Assembly: GCA_012295275.1 (NCBI GenBank)
Contig: CM022679.1
Location: 14,260,001 to 14,324,000 of the forward strand
Direction of reading: 5' to 3'
Source of the DNA: Chrysomallon squamiferum
Taxonomy: Eukaryota; Animalia; Mollusca
DNA: 64,000 bases
Shown here: piece after piece, positions 44,479 to 56,279 of the stretch
Layout of the letters: each line of letters begins with the position of its first letter
How positions within the stretch are numbered: position 1 is the stretch's first letter
The notes under the pieces: model-generated
Told to the model about the DNA's origin: nothing
Database searches by the model: none
What the model saw: the letters and a program-made list of their open reading frames with translations, nothing else
Translations under genes and position numbers: made by a program

Positions 44479-45636
44479 GTAGAATACTATGCTATCGGCA
44501 TGTGCATGTCACCTTAGCACTCACAAAGGAATGTTTCTGCCCTGTTTGTATCTAAAAAATTTTTTTTATTTATACATGTATATTAGACTGGGTATTTTAC
44601 AGTTAAAAAATCTCATAAAAATATGTGTATATTTATTAGAAACATTATTATTATTATTTAAATAAAATGAAAGGTGATGATAATGATGGTAATAGCAGTT
44701 GTGAAGTAATTTAATGATAATGATGATAAAGTAATGATAATAATAATAACAACAGTGTTGGTGATTATAATGATATAAGTGATTGTTATAATCATCAGTG
44801 CCTGTTAAAAGCAAGACAAATGAAAATCATTACTTTTAAGATAAAATAATAATAATAATTTTAAAAAAATATATATAATTATAGAGTTTTTTTTTTATAA
44901 ACAATACCAATAACAATAATTATATTTTAAAATATACACAGGTTCTGTTATTTTTCTCACAGAAAAATGTATTTCTCATTATAAAAGGAAATCCAGTCTA
45001 AAAAACCCCATAGTGTTCTGTGGTAAATTCCTCCCCTTTCCTTGAATAACTTACAATTCCTGCTTTCAAAAATAACCACCAATTGAGGAATGTTACGCTT
45101 AAAGCAAGCATGTTGTTCAGTGAAATACATCTGGCAAACTAACATATAAATAACCAAATTAAAAAAATATAAATTTCTCAGAATGATAAGTCAGAATATT
45201 CGATATTGTAGTTTGGAAAATAGCATGTTGTTTTATATATAGTTTCATCGTTAAGATGAAATATTTGGTTATTAAACTGAGTAGAAAAATAAAAATAGAA
45301 ACAAGAACATTTTCAGGTATAGTAGGTTCTTTAGAGAAATAGGAAACAGAAAAATTAAAACATTAGGTTAAAATTAAAAAGTTGTTGTTTTTTGTTTTTT
45401 AAAATCTTTTCATTATTTGTTTATTTATTTATTTATTTATATCCCTTGTGCAGAATGAATGTTTTGTTGGAATTCAAGCTGTTTTTAGCTCTTTTTTATT
45501 TTTTAAATTCACAGTTTTAACATAATGTTGCGTTTTTACACTTGTTCAGAATTATGTTGTTGTTACTGCGAATTTTTTTCAAAATTGTTCCTTTATGAAA
45601 GCAGGCAAAAGATATAATAAAAATAAACAGCAGAAG

Positions 45637-45690
<54 letters not shown>

Positions 45691-46253
45691 TTAAACAAAA
45701 TGATCTACAAAAATAAAGTCTTTTGAAATCAACTACAGAATTTCAAAAAAACAATTTTTAATTTTTTTTTTCAACATAGAACTCAAATGATTTAATTTAA
45801 TAACTGGTTTGTTATTTATTTTAATGCTTTTATTTATTTTCCATTAAGTATATAATATTCATACATATCTTTTGCCACCTTTCATTTGACAGTACACTGG
45901 TACTGATTTCCTTGAACACATACGCTTACTTTCAAGTTTCACCAGTTTAAAATTTAGGGAAAAGATGTCACCCACATTGATGAAGAAATGAGTGTGGTGC
46001 CTCATGCAGGTAGTGTTAAAGCTGGTGTTTTATCAATGAAAGAAAAAAAAGGAAAAAAAAAAACCTTCAAGGAAACATTTACCAGTTGCATTGTTGATGG
46101 CATATTCATGACAAAGAGCATTTGAGTTGATTTTTTCATGGGATTTTTTTGTTTAAATATTTAAACTTTTTTGTGTTTCTTTTTAATTTTTTTTTTTTGC
46201 ATTAATGTGTTCACAAAAAATTTGATTAACCAAAACTTTTGTTTTCTCACTAG

Positions 46254-48504
46254 ACATGCACTTGACTGAATCACCAGAAAACAGCAGAATAGCTAGTTAT
46301 GGAAGAGGATCACCTCAGTCCTCTGTAAAACGAGAAATGTTTGGTGGTAGTGTTCAGTCAGGGAGGGAAGGACACTTGGTTCAAGACCAGCCACCTCTCC
46401 CACAGCCCCCGGAAAGAAACTCCTCTTTCCGCCCTGCATTATCCCAGCCTCCCTCACACATTAAACCCCCAACATACGAACAGAGTGTCAACAGAGCCCC
46501 CAACGTTAGCGAGATTCCCAGTTTCATGACCCATCCTGAAGTGGGCAGATTTCAGCAGCTTGACCAGCGTGATGTGAAGGAGTTTAAGCCAAAACAACCC
46601 GAGTGGAGTCCCAAACGAACCTCGAAGCCAGCAATTAGAACAGCAGGTCAGTCATTCAGATCAGCAGAAAAGCCATTTTGATCAGCAAAGCCATCATTAT
46701 TTAGAGCAGCAGAATGCTGATCATTTAGATAGGTCCAGACATCCTCAAAGGCCATTTCAGAAAAATGAAGATTTCAGCAGACTCCATGGCGTGGGACAGT
46801 TTGACAGGTTTGATCATCAGTCCATGCCTCATTATCAGGCATCCAGAAATGCAGAAGGCTTTGATAGAAATGTACCTCAGCAAACTCTTCCACAACATAC
46901 AGAATTTGGTAGAACTGGGCAGGCAAGAGACAGGTCTGATGACCAGCAGTTTCCAGGAATTTCTGGTTCCAGGAGTTCAAGTGCTGTGACTAGCCCAATG
47001 TTTGGGAAACCTCAAGGAAAAGAACCAAGCTGGATGGTGTCTGAAGATGATTCAGTGTTTCTTGAACCAGATTTGGGTAAGAAACAAGACAGCAGACTTG
47101 CAACCTCTCAGTTTGGCAAAGAACCTGTGGGTGATGCTGGCAGAAACAATGAAGGAGTTGGATATGGAAGACATTTTGAGCAGGATTTTAGACAGAGGCA
47201 GCAGGATAAAGACATGGGTCTTCATCAACAGAGACAGGATAGACCAATTGGATATCATCAACAGAGAGAAGATAGGGATTTTGGACATTTTCAGCAAAGA
47301 TCAGATAGGGAAACTGGACACTTTCAGCAGATGCAAGATAGGGATGCTGGACAGTTTCAGCAGAGGAAAGACAGGGATATGGGACAGGTTCAGAATCATC
47401 AACCTCCATGGTCTAAGGATGAACACAGACATGAGTTTGGTACATCTTATTCACAACCAACATCAGCAACAGGACCAGGAAAAGGTGGTGATCAGCCTTT
47501 GTCCCAAGCCTCCACTTCTCCTTACCCAATGCCATCAAGAAGCCTAAGTGTAGACAGTTCTCCTAGAATGATCCCTATAGAAATCAGGAGAACAAAGCCA
47601 GTGCCTTTCAAACCAGAGAAGACCACAAGTGAGTCAGATGCATTTGATTTTCGCCCTCAGACTGAGTCTTCATTCTCGCCCTGGAAGCCGAGTGCTAGCA
47701 AACCTGATGATGGCAGCCAAGGATCCCAGTTTGCAGCTGGGTCCTATTCCACACTACCTGCCAAGCGGTCTGCTAGACTGGACAATGTGACAGATGCGAG
47801 GGACAGTGAGGGACATTTCGATTTCAATATTTATTCCACTCTGCCAACTATCAAGCCTCTAAGGTCAAAGAAAAGTGTAGAGTTTGCAGACATGCCAACT
47901 CGGTATCCCCATGGTGATCTTTCCTCTACCCCAGACTTGTCCAGGCAAGGGTCTTATGGTACCCCTGGTGATCTTCCTTACACATCAACCAAACCTAAAA
48001 GCTCTTTATATAAACCAGGTGACATTTCCATCCCAGACAGGTCTGCCGATTCATCTAGAAAAGATAGTGATTTTTCTCTTTCTGAATTTTCAATTGAACA
48101 AAAAATCCCTTCAAGAAAAGAGGGTGATTTGTCACTCACAGACTTCAGTGGTATCCAGTCCAAAAGTCCGTCCGTCCGATCTGACTTTCCTTTGACAGAC
48201 ACCTACCCAAGCAAAACGAAAAAGGACTATTCTGAACCTCTCTGGGCCAGCACTGATGTTGTTAGCTCCAGTCCGAAAAGTTCCCGAGACGACCGATCCA
48301 CGTCGAGTTCCAACGTGACGAGCTCTGACTCTCGGGACACGATTGTCAGCCGCGACAGCAGCAGCAGGGTCAGGGATCTTATCAAGGACGATGAGACGAC
48401 GACGATGACGATGATGAAACAGGAGAAACTGATCCCTGTCACAGTAATCCACGAAGAAGCTGGCAAGTCGAGTGTAGAGAAAGTCAAACTGGGACAAGCT
48501 AAAG
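46254..48504 (+). CDS. Giant 2251-nt exon (S/P/Q/D-rich, disordered) with an apparent +1 frameshift near 46610-46620
   Basis: ttttctcactag acceptor and AAG|gtagag donor. Combines supplied ORFs 46256-46681 and 46791-48515; the second frame is open back to 46578. Length is 3n+1, so removing one base gives a phase 1-1 exon. Confidence 0.82.
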
Positions 48505-50330
48505 GTAGAGTCTGATTGCACGACAGCAGCAGCATTGTGGCCATCGGGATGTTATGTTGTGAATCACAAACAGAACAAAGGTCCCATACAGCATGGCTCG
48601 CACACTGTCTGTGTTTGTGGTTTTAGCATGGAGTGACTAATATCTCTTAACAATCAATGTCCCATTTGTGGAAAACAGAAAGAAAGTTTTTGTGCTTGTG
48701 GTAATTTTTAAAAAATTAAAAAAAAAAAAAAGTCTTCAGTACAAATTTAACTTTTTATGAGCTAACATTACAAACATGATGCATTGTGTTGACCGTTTAA
48801 TAAAAATTAACATTCATTAATATATATATTTTTTTAATTGTGACTGCATGATAGAGGTTGGACAAAGATTTGCCAAAAAGTGTGTAAGTTTGTGGTCGTT
48901 ATTAGCAATTCATATGCTTTAATAATGTTTTTTGTATGTTTTTTTAACAGTATCAAATCTTTAAATGAATATGATTCTTTTTTTTTTTTTCTTAGTTTAT
49001 AGTTTGTGTAAGTTGTGTTAAATTATAATATTTTCATATGTCATTGGGAATAATTCATTAAGATTTTCTATAATTAGAATTTTTATAGTTTCAGGTCTCT
49101 TAACATTGAAAATATTACTGCTTAAACATTTTTACATAATTGCTATTACACTATTAACAGGATAAACCGCAGTATTTGACTAACAGATTTCAGTAAGGTG
49201 ATAAAACAGTATAATGATTTTTAACTGCACAATTACATATTGGCAATCTCTGGCAACATATTATGATTCTTCTAGTATAGAATTACATACTACTACGTCT
49301 GACTCCTGATTTAGTCATTGCCTTGATGATCATCATACTGCGTTCAGAAGAAAATTCAAAAATCTTAAGTCATCAAATTGACCAATAATACAGAATGACT
49401 GTACCAAAAACACACCTAGAAAAGGTGCCCTATTTTCACTCTTTATAAATAAAATTTAAAAAATTAATTAATCAGTGTTCTAATCCTTTTCTCTACATCA
49501 CCCAATTTTCAGTGAAATCTGTAACCATCATGAGACTTATAAAATAAATTGTTTTACCGAGATAACGGATTGAAATAGCTTTAAATTACAGTTAACCAGT
49601 TTGTTGGCATCATTTTAGGTTGATGTTTTTTCCTTCTGGATTTAACATTACACAGACAAAGTGTACCAGTTTCTTCAGAGTTCACCTAACCAGTAATTAG
49701 CATTTGTACATACAAAAACCAGACCAGTGATTTTTTTTTGTTTTTTGTTTCCTTTGCTAAAAATAGATCATCTGGCATTTTTGGAATGGTACATTCATTA
49801 ACACTCCTTAATCCTGACTGGGATAGCTAGTGACTAAGATTTTTGTTTCAAAAACTGTATATAAAGCGGAAAAAACTAAACTTTCAGATTTCGTTTCGTT
49901 GTAAGAGAGGATGTCTGTTTGGGGTTTTTTCTTTTCTTTTCGAAAGGCTTTAACCAAATAACAAAACAATATGGTTGCAAGTGAGTACTAAACTGGTAGA
50001 TGTAGAAAGCGTTTCGTGTTACCTGTTGTATAAATATCTCACCTGTTGAGCTGAAAATAGCTTGGAGCTCTGTGATTCCTTTTCAAGTCGTAGCTTGTCT
50101 TATACAAGCAGGATGGTTCTTTACTTTTTTCCGGCTGTTAGTTTTACTTGCTTGTATTATTTTAACGAGTTTCTGTAATATTTTGTACTTTGAGCAAAAC
50201 TGGGTTATTATTTTTCTTCTTACAGTGTGAGGGTTAACTGAAAATGTGGTAAAAAAGTAATTTTTGAAGGTTTTTTTACTTCTGTTTTTAATTGTGCCAA
50301 ATAAAAAAAAAATAAAAAAAAAGTAAAAAA

Positions 50331-50366
<36 letters not shown>

Positions 50367-51939
50367 TAATATTAATAAATAGAAGTAAAATAATTCCATT
50401 TTCATTTTCTTTTTATAAATTTATAATCTATTTTTAAAAAAAGTCATTCTCACAAATTTTTATTTTTTATTTATAAACAATTTTTTTTTTAAACCAGTTT
50501 ATAATTTAAAAATTCCAACTTCTAAGACATGCACCTGAACATATTTTTATTATCATCATTATTATTTTTCTTTTTTACAAAATTATAATAGTCCAGGTTA
50601 TAAATGCTCTTTTTTTTTTTAACAACACCTGCATTTTACAAAAAAAAAAAAAAAAAAAAAAAAAATATTTTAATATAATTCACAATAATCTTAAATACAT
50701 TTTCATGCTCTGAGTTGTAATGCATTGATTTCTTCACTCCACCAATTCAGACTAAATGAAAGACTGCATAATGTGCCCGCCTGTATTCCCGTGGGTGCCT
50801 CAGCTAACAAATAAAACTGTTTTCACACACTGCCGAGTCAATAACAGATTTATTTATGAGCACAACTCAGTGTTTTATATCAGATATTGAAAACCGCGAG
50901 TTCCGATTTCATGTCCAATTAATAGATATTGGTTAACTTGTTTATGGCTTATTATGGATTTTTGTTGGATTTTTATTGTTAAATCGAGTTCTATGAGTTA
51001 TTTTGGTGATTATGTAAGTATGTATGAATGTATTTACGTATATGAATATGTATATGACTATGAATGATGCGTGTGTGAGTGTGTTTATATACAGTTGGTG
51101 TATCAGTCTATGTTGTGAGCTTGTGTTTCTGAATTTTTTTAAAGCCTTTTTGAAAACAAGTCAATATCAGAAAATGTATCATGGTATTTAAATATTAATT
51201 TAACAAAATATTTATTATTATTCATATTCATATTATTATTATTATTCCTTTTACATACTTATAAATTTGCTAATCTTTATATCTGCATTCTACATATCAT
51301 GAACTTAACACAGTAGCCAACATAACCATAGCAGTAGGATGTATGAAATTATATTATATATTTAACTGGTGGTTGTGTATATATCACAGTTTCCACGCTA
51401 TTTACTATCATCCTAGTATCTGACATCATGTAAATAACAGCATGTGATGATGATTGTATGTAGTTAGAACTATTTAAATAGAAAGTAATATTAGTTTTAT
51501 TTTGGGTGATATGACTCCATACTGGATAGTAAAATGAATGCTACAAAACATAGTTATTTTTTTATTTGATAATATTTATACCATTGTAGTATGATTGTTA
51601 TCAAGGATATTTAATTAGCTATTTTTGTTTTCTTGATACCCATTTAATAACAGTATACATTCTTATTTACTTAAATAGAAAACATGAATACCTTACTAGA
51701 TATGACAAAACATATTTGGAGTTATTTGACTTCATAGTATGCATAACAATGTAATGTACAAATGATTTAGTTATTTTATTTCATAATATGTAAAGCACTG
51801 TAGCATAAAAATGACTTTGATTTGATAATACTACACTGTAGTACCAAAAATACTTGGACAAATTTAATTTGATAATATGCACAAGAGTAGAGTATTTCAA
51901 CTACTGTTTTTAATTCTTTGATAATAAATGTTATATATA

Positions 51940-52210
51940 GATAATATAAAAGTTTAACAGTGTTATTTCCTTTGATAATATCTTTATCATTGAAGTTAAC
52001 AGTACGATGTAACTGATAATGTCCTTATCATTGAAGTTTGACAATATAATGTAAATCACAATGTCTTTATCATTGAAGTTTAACAAATAAGGTACATGAT
52101 AAAATCATAAACACTGAAATTTAACAAATTAATGTAGCTGATAACAGCTACTTTCAACACCAGAATTTAACAAGATCATGCAACTGACAATTATCTTCAA
52201 CACTGATTAT
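51940..52210. repeat. Degenerate ~41-43 bp tandem repeat
   Basis: gataat.tctttatcattgaagtttaaca units. Confidence 0.65.
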
Positions 52211-52923
52211 AATAATTCCAGGGAGTTATTACATTTAATAATGTATCAGATAATACAGCTTCATTAGATTTGATTAGATAATAGCTTACGTGTTGCGTGA
52301 CATTACGTTCAATTATTTCATTAGGACGTAGCCATTATTCTGCCTGCTGTAATATCCCATGGCATCATGTGTTTCTCCTCTTTCTTCTGACTGACTGTAC
52401 AAATTACAGTTTACAGCTTAATGGAGTCTGATATTACACTGGCAGAAATGATTATGTTGTTTATTACCTGTTTGCAGAAAGCAAACTTCAGTCACCTGTT
52501 AATAACGATAAGGTGAACAAGACGATGTGATTGATAAAGATTGTTCATTTTGGTATTGCAGAAATTTATTAAAAATATTTAGGTTATCCATATTTATTGA
52601 TTTTATTGTATTATTAATTATTTTATTTTGTAATTATTTTTATTTTAAATTTTTTTGTGTATTTAAGTTTATTTCTTTTCATAAAAGGTGATTTGTTTGA
52701 ATTTTTTTTATAAATAGTTATAGAAAGATTTATTTGTCTTTTAATTCTCTACATATTTTTTTTTTATCATCTGCATTTTAGATATTTTATTTTATTTTAT
52801 TTTATTTTCATTAGTTCATATTTTGATTTATTTTTTTCCATTCATTCATTCATTTAATGATTTCATTTTAATTATTGATTAACATAATTTTTTAATTAAT
52901 TATTATTATTACTTTTGCTTTAG

Positions 52924-52983
52924 ATGAAAATACAGAAAACCAGACATTTAACAGTCTACCACCATATAAAACTTCTTTCTCAG
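52924..52983 (+). CDS. 60-nt symmetric coding exon
   Basis: ttttgctttag acceptor and CAG|gtaaac donor. DENTENQTFNSLPPYKTSFS; phase 1-1. Confidence 0.72.
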
Positions 52984-53081
52984 GTAAACCATTTTTGTTT
53001 ATCATTTTTACTGTCAAACTCTAACAGTTTTATCATAACAATATTATTAGCATTGTATTGGTTAAATGAAGAGTTATTTAA

Positions 53082-53115
<34 letters not shown>

Positions 53116-53255
53116 TTAATAAATAATAACAATAACAATAACAATAATAAAATAAAAAAATAGATAATAGTAAAAAATAATAATATAAAAAATATAAGTG
53201 AATAATAATAATTATTTTTATAATTTTAAATTTATGCTATTTTTTGTTTTTGCAG

Positions 53256-53318
53256 AGAAACCTTCAGAAGCCCCACTAAACGGTCCTAGAGATCAGCATC
53301 AAGTAACTCCTAAACCAG
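53256..53318 (+). CDS. 63-nt symmetric coding exon
   Basis: tttttgcag acceptor and CAG|gtaact donor. EKPSEAPLNGPRDQHQVTPKP; phase 1-1. Confidence 0.8.
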
Positions 53319-53634
53319 GTAACTAAGCAATATCTGCCACTGGGATCAAGGTGGGTTATGTGATAATTTCAAACAAGCTTCAGTCACTGAAATACTCTTG
53401 TCATAGACATTTAGAGTTGTGACCAATACAAGCAGCATGATCTGAATAAAAAAAACAGTTCATTAATAATTTTTGGCTGTTAATAGTATTGGTATAGATT
53501 CTGTTATTGAAGTAAGAACAAAAAATCAATTTATTAATACCTGTGGCAATTAAATTTAGATAGGAGTTCATGTGGGGATTTTGAGCAAGGTTAGATAATA
53601 ATTTAAAAACAATTTTTTGAAATAATACAGAGCT

Positions 53635-53800
53635 CTGAGTTGCAAGTTCACAATTTTGTGTTGACAGTAAACAATTTTTGTCAACAGTGAATGATTTTGT
53701 GTTGACAGTAAACAGTTTTATGTTGACAGTGAACAGCTTTAGGTTGACATTAAGCAATTCTGAGTTGACAGAGTAAACAATTTTAAGCTGACAGTATTAA
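53635..53800. repeat. Degenerate 21-bp tandem repeat
   Basis: ttttgtgttgacagtaaaca units. Confidence 0.75.
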
Positions 53801-54242
53801 AAAGTTATCAGTTGACCTAGTAGACACAATTGTTATCAAACACTAATCAAAGATGATGGTATGTGCTCCCCTGCCTGGAGGAAGAAGTAAATAACAGATA
53901 GCTTTCTTCTAACTGATTAGATTTTAAGTATTAGGTGTAGGTCAGCTTCTTTTCATATAAACAAACAAAAAAAAAACTATTTATAAACAGTGTTTGTATA
54001 TGTGTATATGTATATGTATGCATGTTTGTATGTTTATATGTATATGTATGTATGTATGTGTCTGTATGTATATCTATATCTATATTCATATGTCTATCTG
54101 TTACTATATATGTACCTATTTACCTACCTATCTATCTATGTATATAATATTATATGTATTTGTGTGTATGTATGTGTTGATTATAATGAGGTTATTTTAC
54201 ATATATAACTGAAGTATTGACTGCAATTAATAATTTCTGCAG

Positions 54243-54439
54243 CTTTATGGACACCAGGAGTTCAGCCATCAAAGTTTACTAAGGCAAGTTTGGAGAGACA
54301 GAGCTCTGGAGAAAAAGCTGAACAGAGTCTCAAGGACATTCCCTCCGTGTGGACACCAGGGGGGAGTCCGGGCGGAGTCCGCAAGACATACAAACCTGTC
54401 AAGCTGGACACCTCACACAAACATGTTAAACCTGTTAAG
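54243..54439 (+). CDS. SORBS: Coding exon with WTPG and YKPV motifs (CAP/SORBS-like pre-SoHo region)
   Basis: ttctgcag acceptor and AAG|gtagat donor. ALWTPGVQPSKF...SVWTPGGSPGGVRKTYKPVKLDTSHKHVKPVK; phase 1 to 0. Confidence 0.85.
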
Positions 54440-54916
54440 GTAGATTTTTGTATTAACTGATTTTTGAATTGTGGAAGTTAAACTGGGGTTTTAGAAATAA
54501 TTATAGAAGAAATGAGATAGTTTTTTTAAAGTAAAATTGATTATTGTAATTTTATTTAATAATAATTTAAAACAAAATTTAAGACATGCTTTCAGTATCT
54601 TAGAAGTAATTATAGAAAAGATGTGAAAAGTTATTATTATAAAAGCAACTGTTGCAATTTATAATAATATCTAAAAAATCTAAAATGCCTATTTAAAATG
54701 CAGTTCAGGCATATTTTATTATTTCATTGTTTTACCAATTTAGTATTTAATTGTATAGATAGTGGACATCTGAATAAATATAGAATATAAACTTTTTTTA
54801 AAAGAAAAAGAAAATATTTAAATTCAAAAAATGTTTGCAGATCTGAATAAAAACTGTCTTGACAGTTGAATATCGAATACTGAATATTAAAAAAAAAAAA
54901 TCTCATCTGTTTACAG

Positions 54917-55250
54917 GATATTAAAACTTCAGAAACTTTCGTTTGGAGTCCAAAACATTCAAAAATAGACGATTCCAAATCTGTTTCAACCACATCATTC
55001 ACATATCCATCATCATCTGCATCATTACTGACAACAACAACAACAGCAGCAACCACGGCATCCACAACGCAGTCTCGCGACTTCACCCCGGCTTCACGCC
55101 GAGGTGAACCAACTCGTGTCGGCAACGTCAACGGCACAGCACACATGAACGGCAGCATAGACAGCAGCAACGTCTTCAACGAATCGAAAGACGACCTCCA
55201 CTTACCACCTACACAGAGTCCATATATAACACTGTTACAGAAAACCAGAG
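54917..55250 (+). CDS. SORBS: Coding exon, S/T-rich, ending in the ITLLQKTR motif
   Basis: tttacag acceptor and GAG|gtgagc donor. DIKTSETFVWSPK...LPPTQSPYITLLQKTR; phase 0 to 1. Recalls the TLLQKAREGQLP motif I associate with invertebrate CAP proteins. Confidence 0.87.
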
Positions 55251-56225
55251 GTGAGCAGAGTCAAACGTTTTCTAAAAATCCTTACAACTGTTGATGGACA
55301 TGTTAGATTTTTTTGCTGTGAAAAGTTCTCATTTTTTAATTGATTTCAAAAACAGAACTGGGCTATTTTTTTCTGCTTTAAGCATTTTTCTTTTTTTGTT
55401 TTGAAATTTGTTGTTATTGTTTTGTTTTAAAAAAAAAATTTGATTTGCTTAGTTTTTCATTTTATTGTATTGAAAGCAGATTTCTGTTTTTATTTGCTAT
55501 TTTGGCTATTATTATTTGGTTTAGCTCTGAAAAATCTTGTAATTTTAAAAATGATCCTTGTTTATCATAAAAAAAATAAAAATTAAATAAAAAAAAAAAT
55601 AATAAAAATAATAATAACAATAATAATAATGATGAAATAAATTGAAAGAATATTATCCACAAAATTGCACTTGTCAAAAGAGAAAGAAGCTTAAAAATGA
55701 TTATTATTAAAATATAGAAATCCTGACATATAACTTTGATAAGTTTATATTTTCATTTTGAGTCTTATACAAATCCATAATAATTATTTTTCAAGAAACC
55801 AATTAAGCAAACAACTATAAATAAAATTATAATAATAATAACAATAAAAAATAATTAAAATAAATAATAAAAAAACAAATTAATTTATTTATTTATTAGG
55901 TATAAACTAATATTAATAATTTTATTTTATTTTATAATTTGTTTTTCTTTTAATGAACACAAAATGAAATGTTCATTTGACTATAGTAATAATATTAAAA
56001 TTTCAAATTTAAAAAAAAAAAAATTAAAATGTACAAAAAGAAGAAGAGAAAAACCTCATTAGTATTTTCTAAACCATTTTCTTGTTAAGTAAACCCTTTT
56101 CCTCAGAAAGCTTTAGAATAATATAATAAAACTGAATGTTTCACAATAATTTCTCAGAAGTGATAACAGGGAAACATTTATGCATTTTTTTTAACAAAAG
56201 GTTTTGCATGTGCCTGTTGTTTCAG

Positions 56226-56279
56226 AAAATGAAAATCTTGATGACATCAGATTAGATGCTCCTATAATGGTGAAAGATG
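56226..56279 (+). CDS. 54-nt symmetric cassette exon
   Basis: gttgtttcag acceptor and G|gtaagg donor. ENENLDDIRLDAPIMVKD; phase 1-1. Confidence 0.72.

Noticed and set aside
46341-48544. Multiple overlapping alternative-frame and antisense ORFs
   Set aside because: Shadows of the GC-richer giant exon with no independent signals.
54724-55179. Minus-strand 151-aa ORF with a signal-peptide-like start
   Set aside because: Antisense of exon 54917-55250, running into AT-rich intron.
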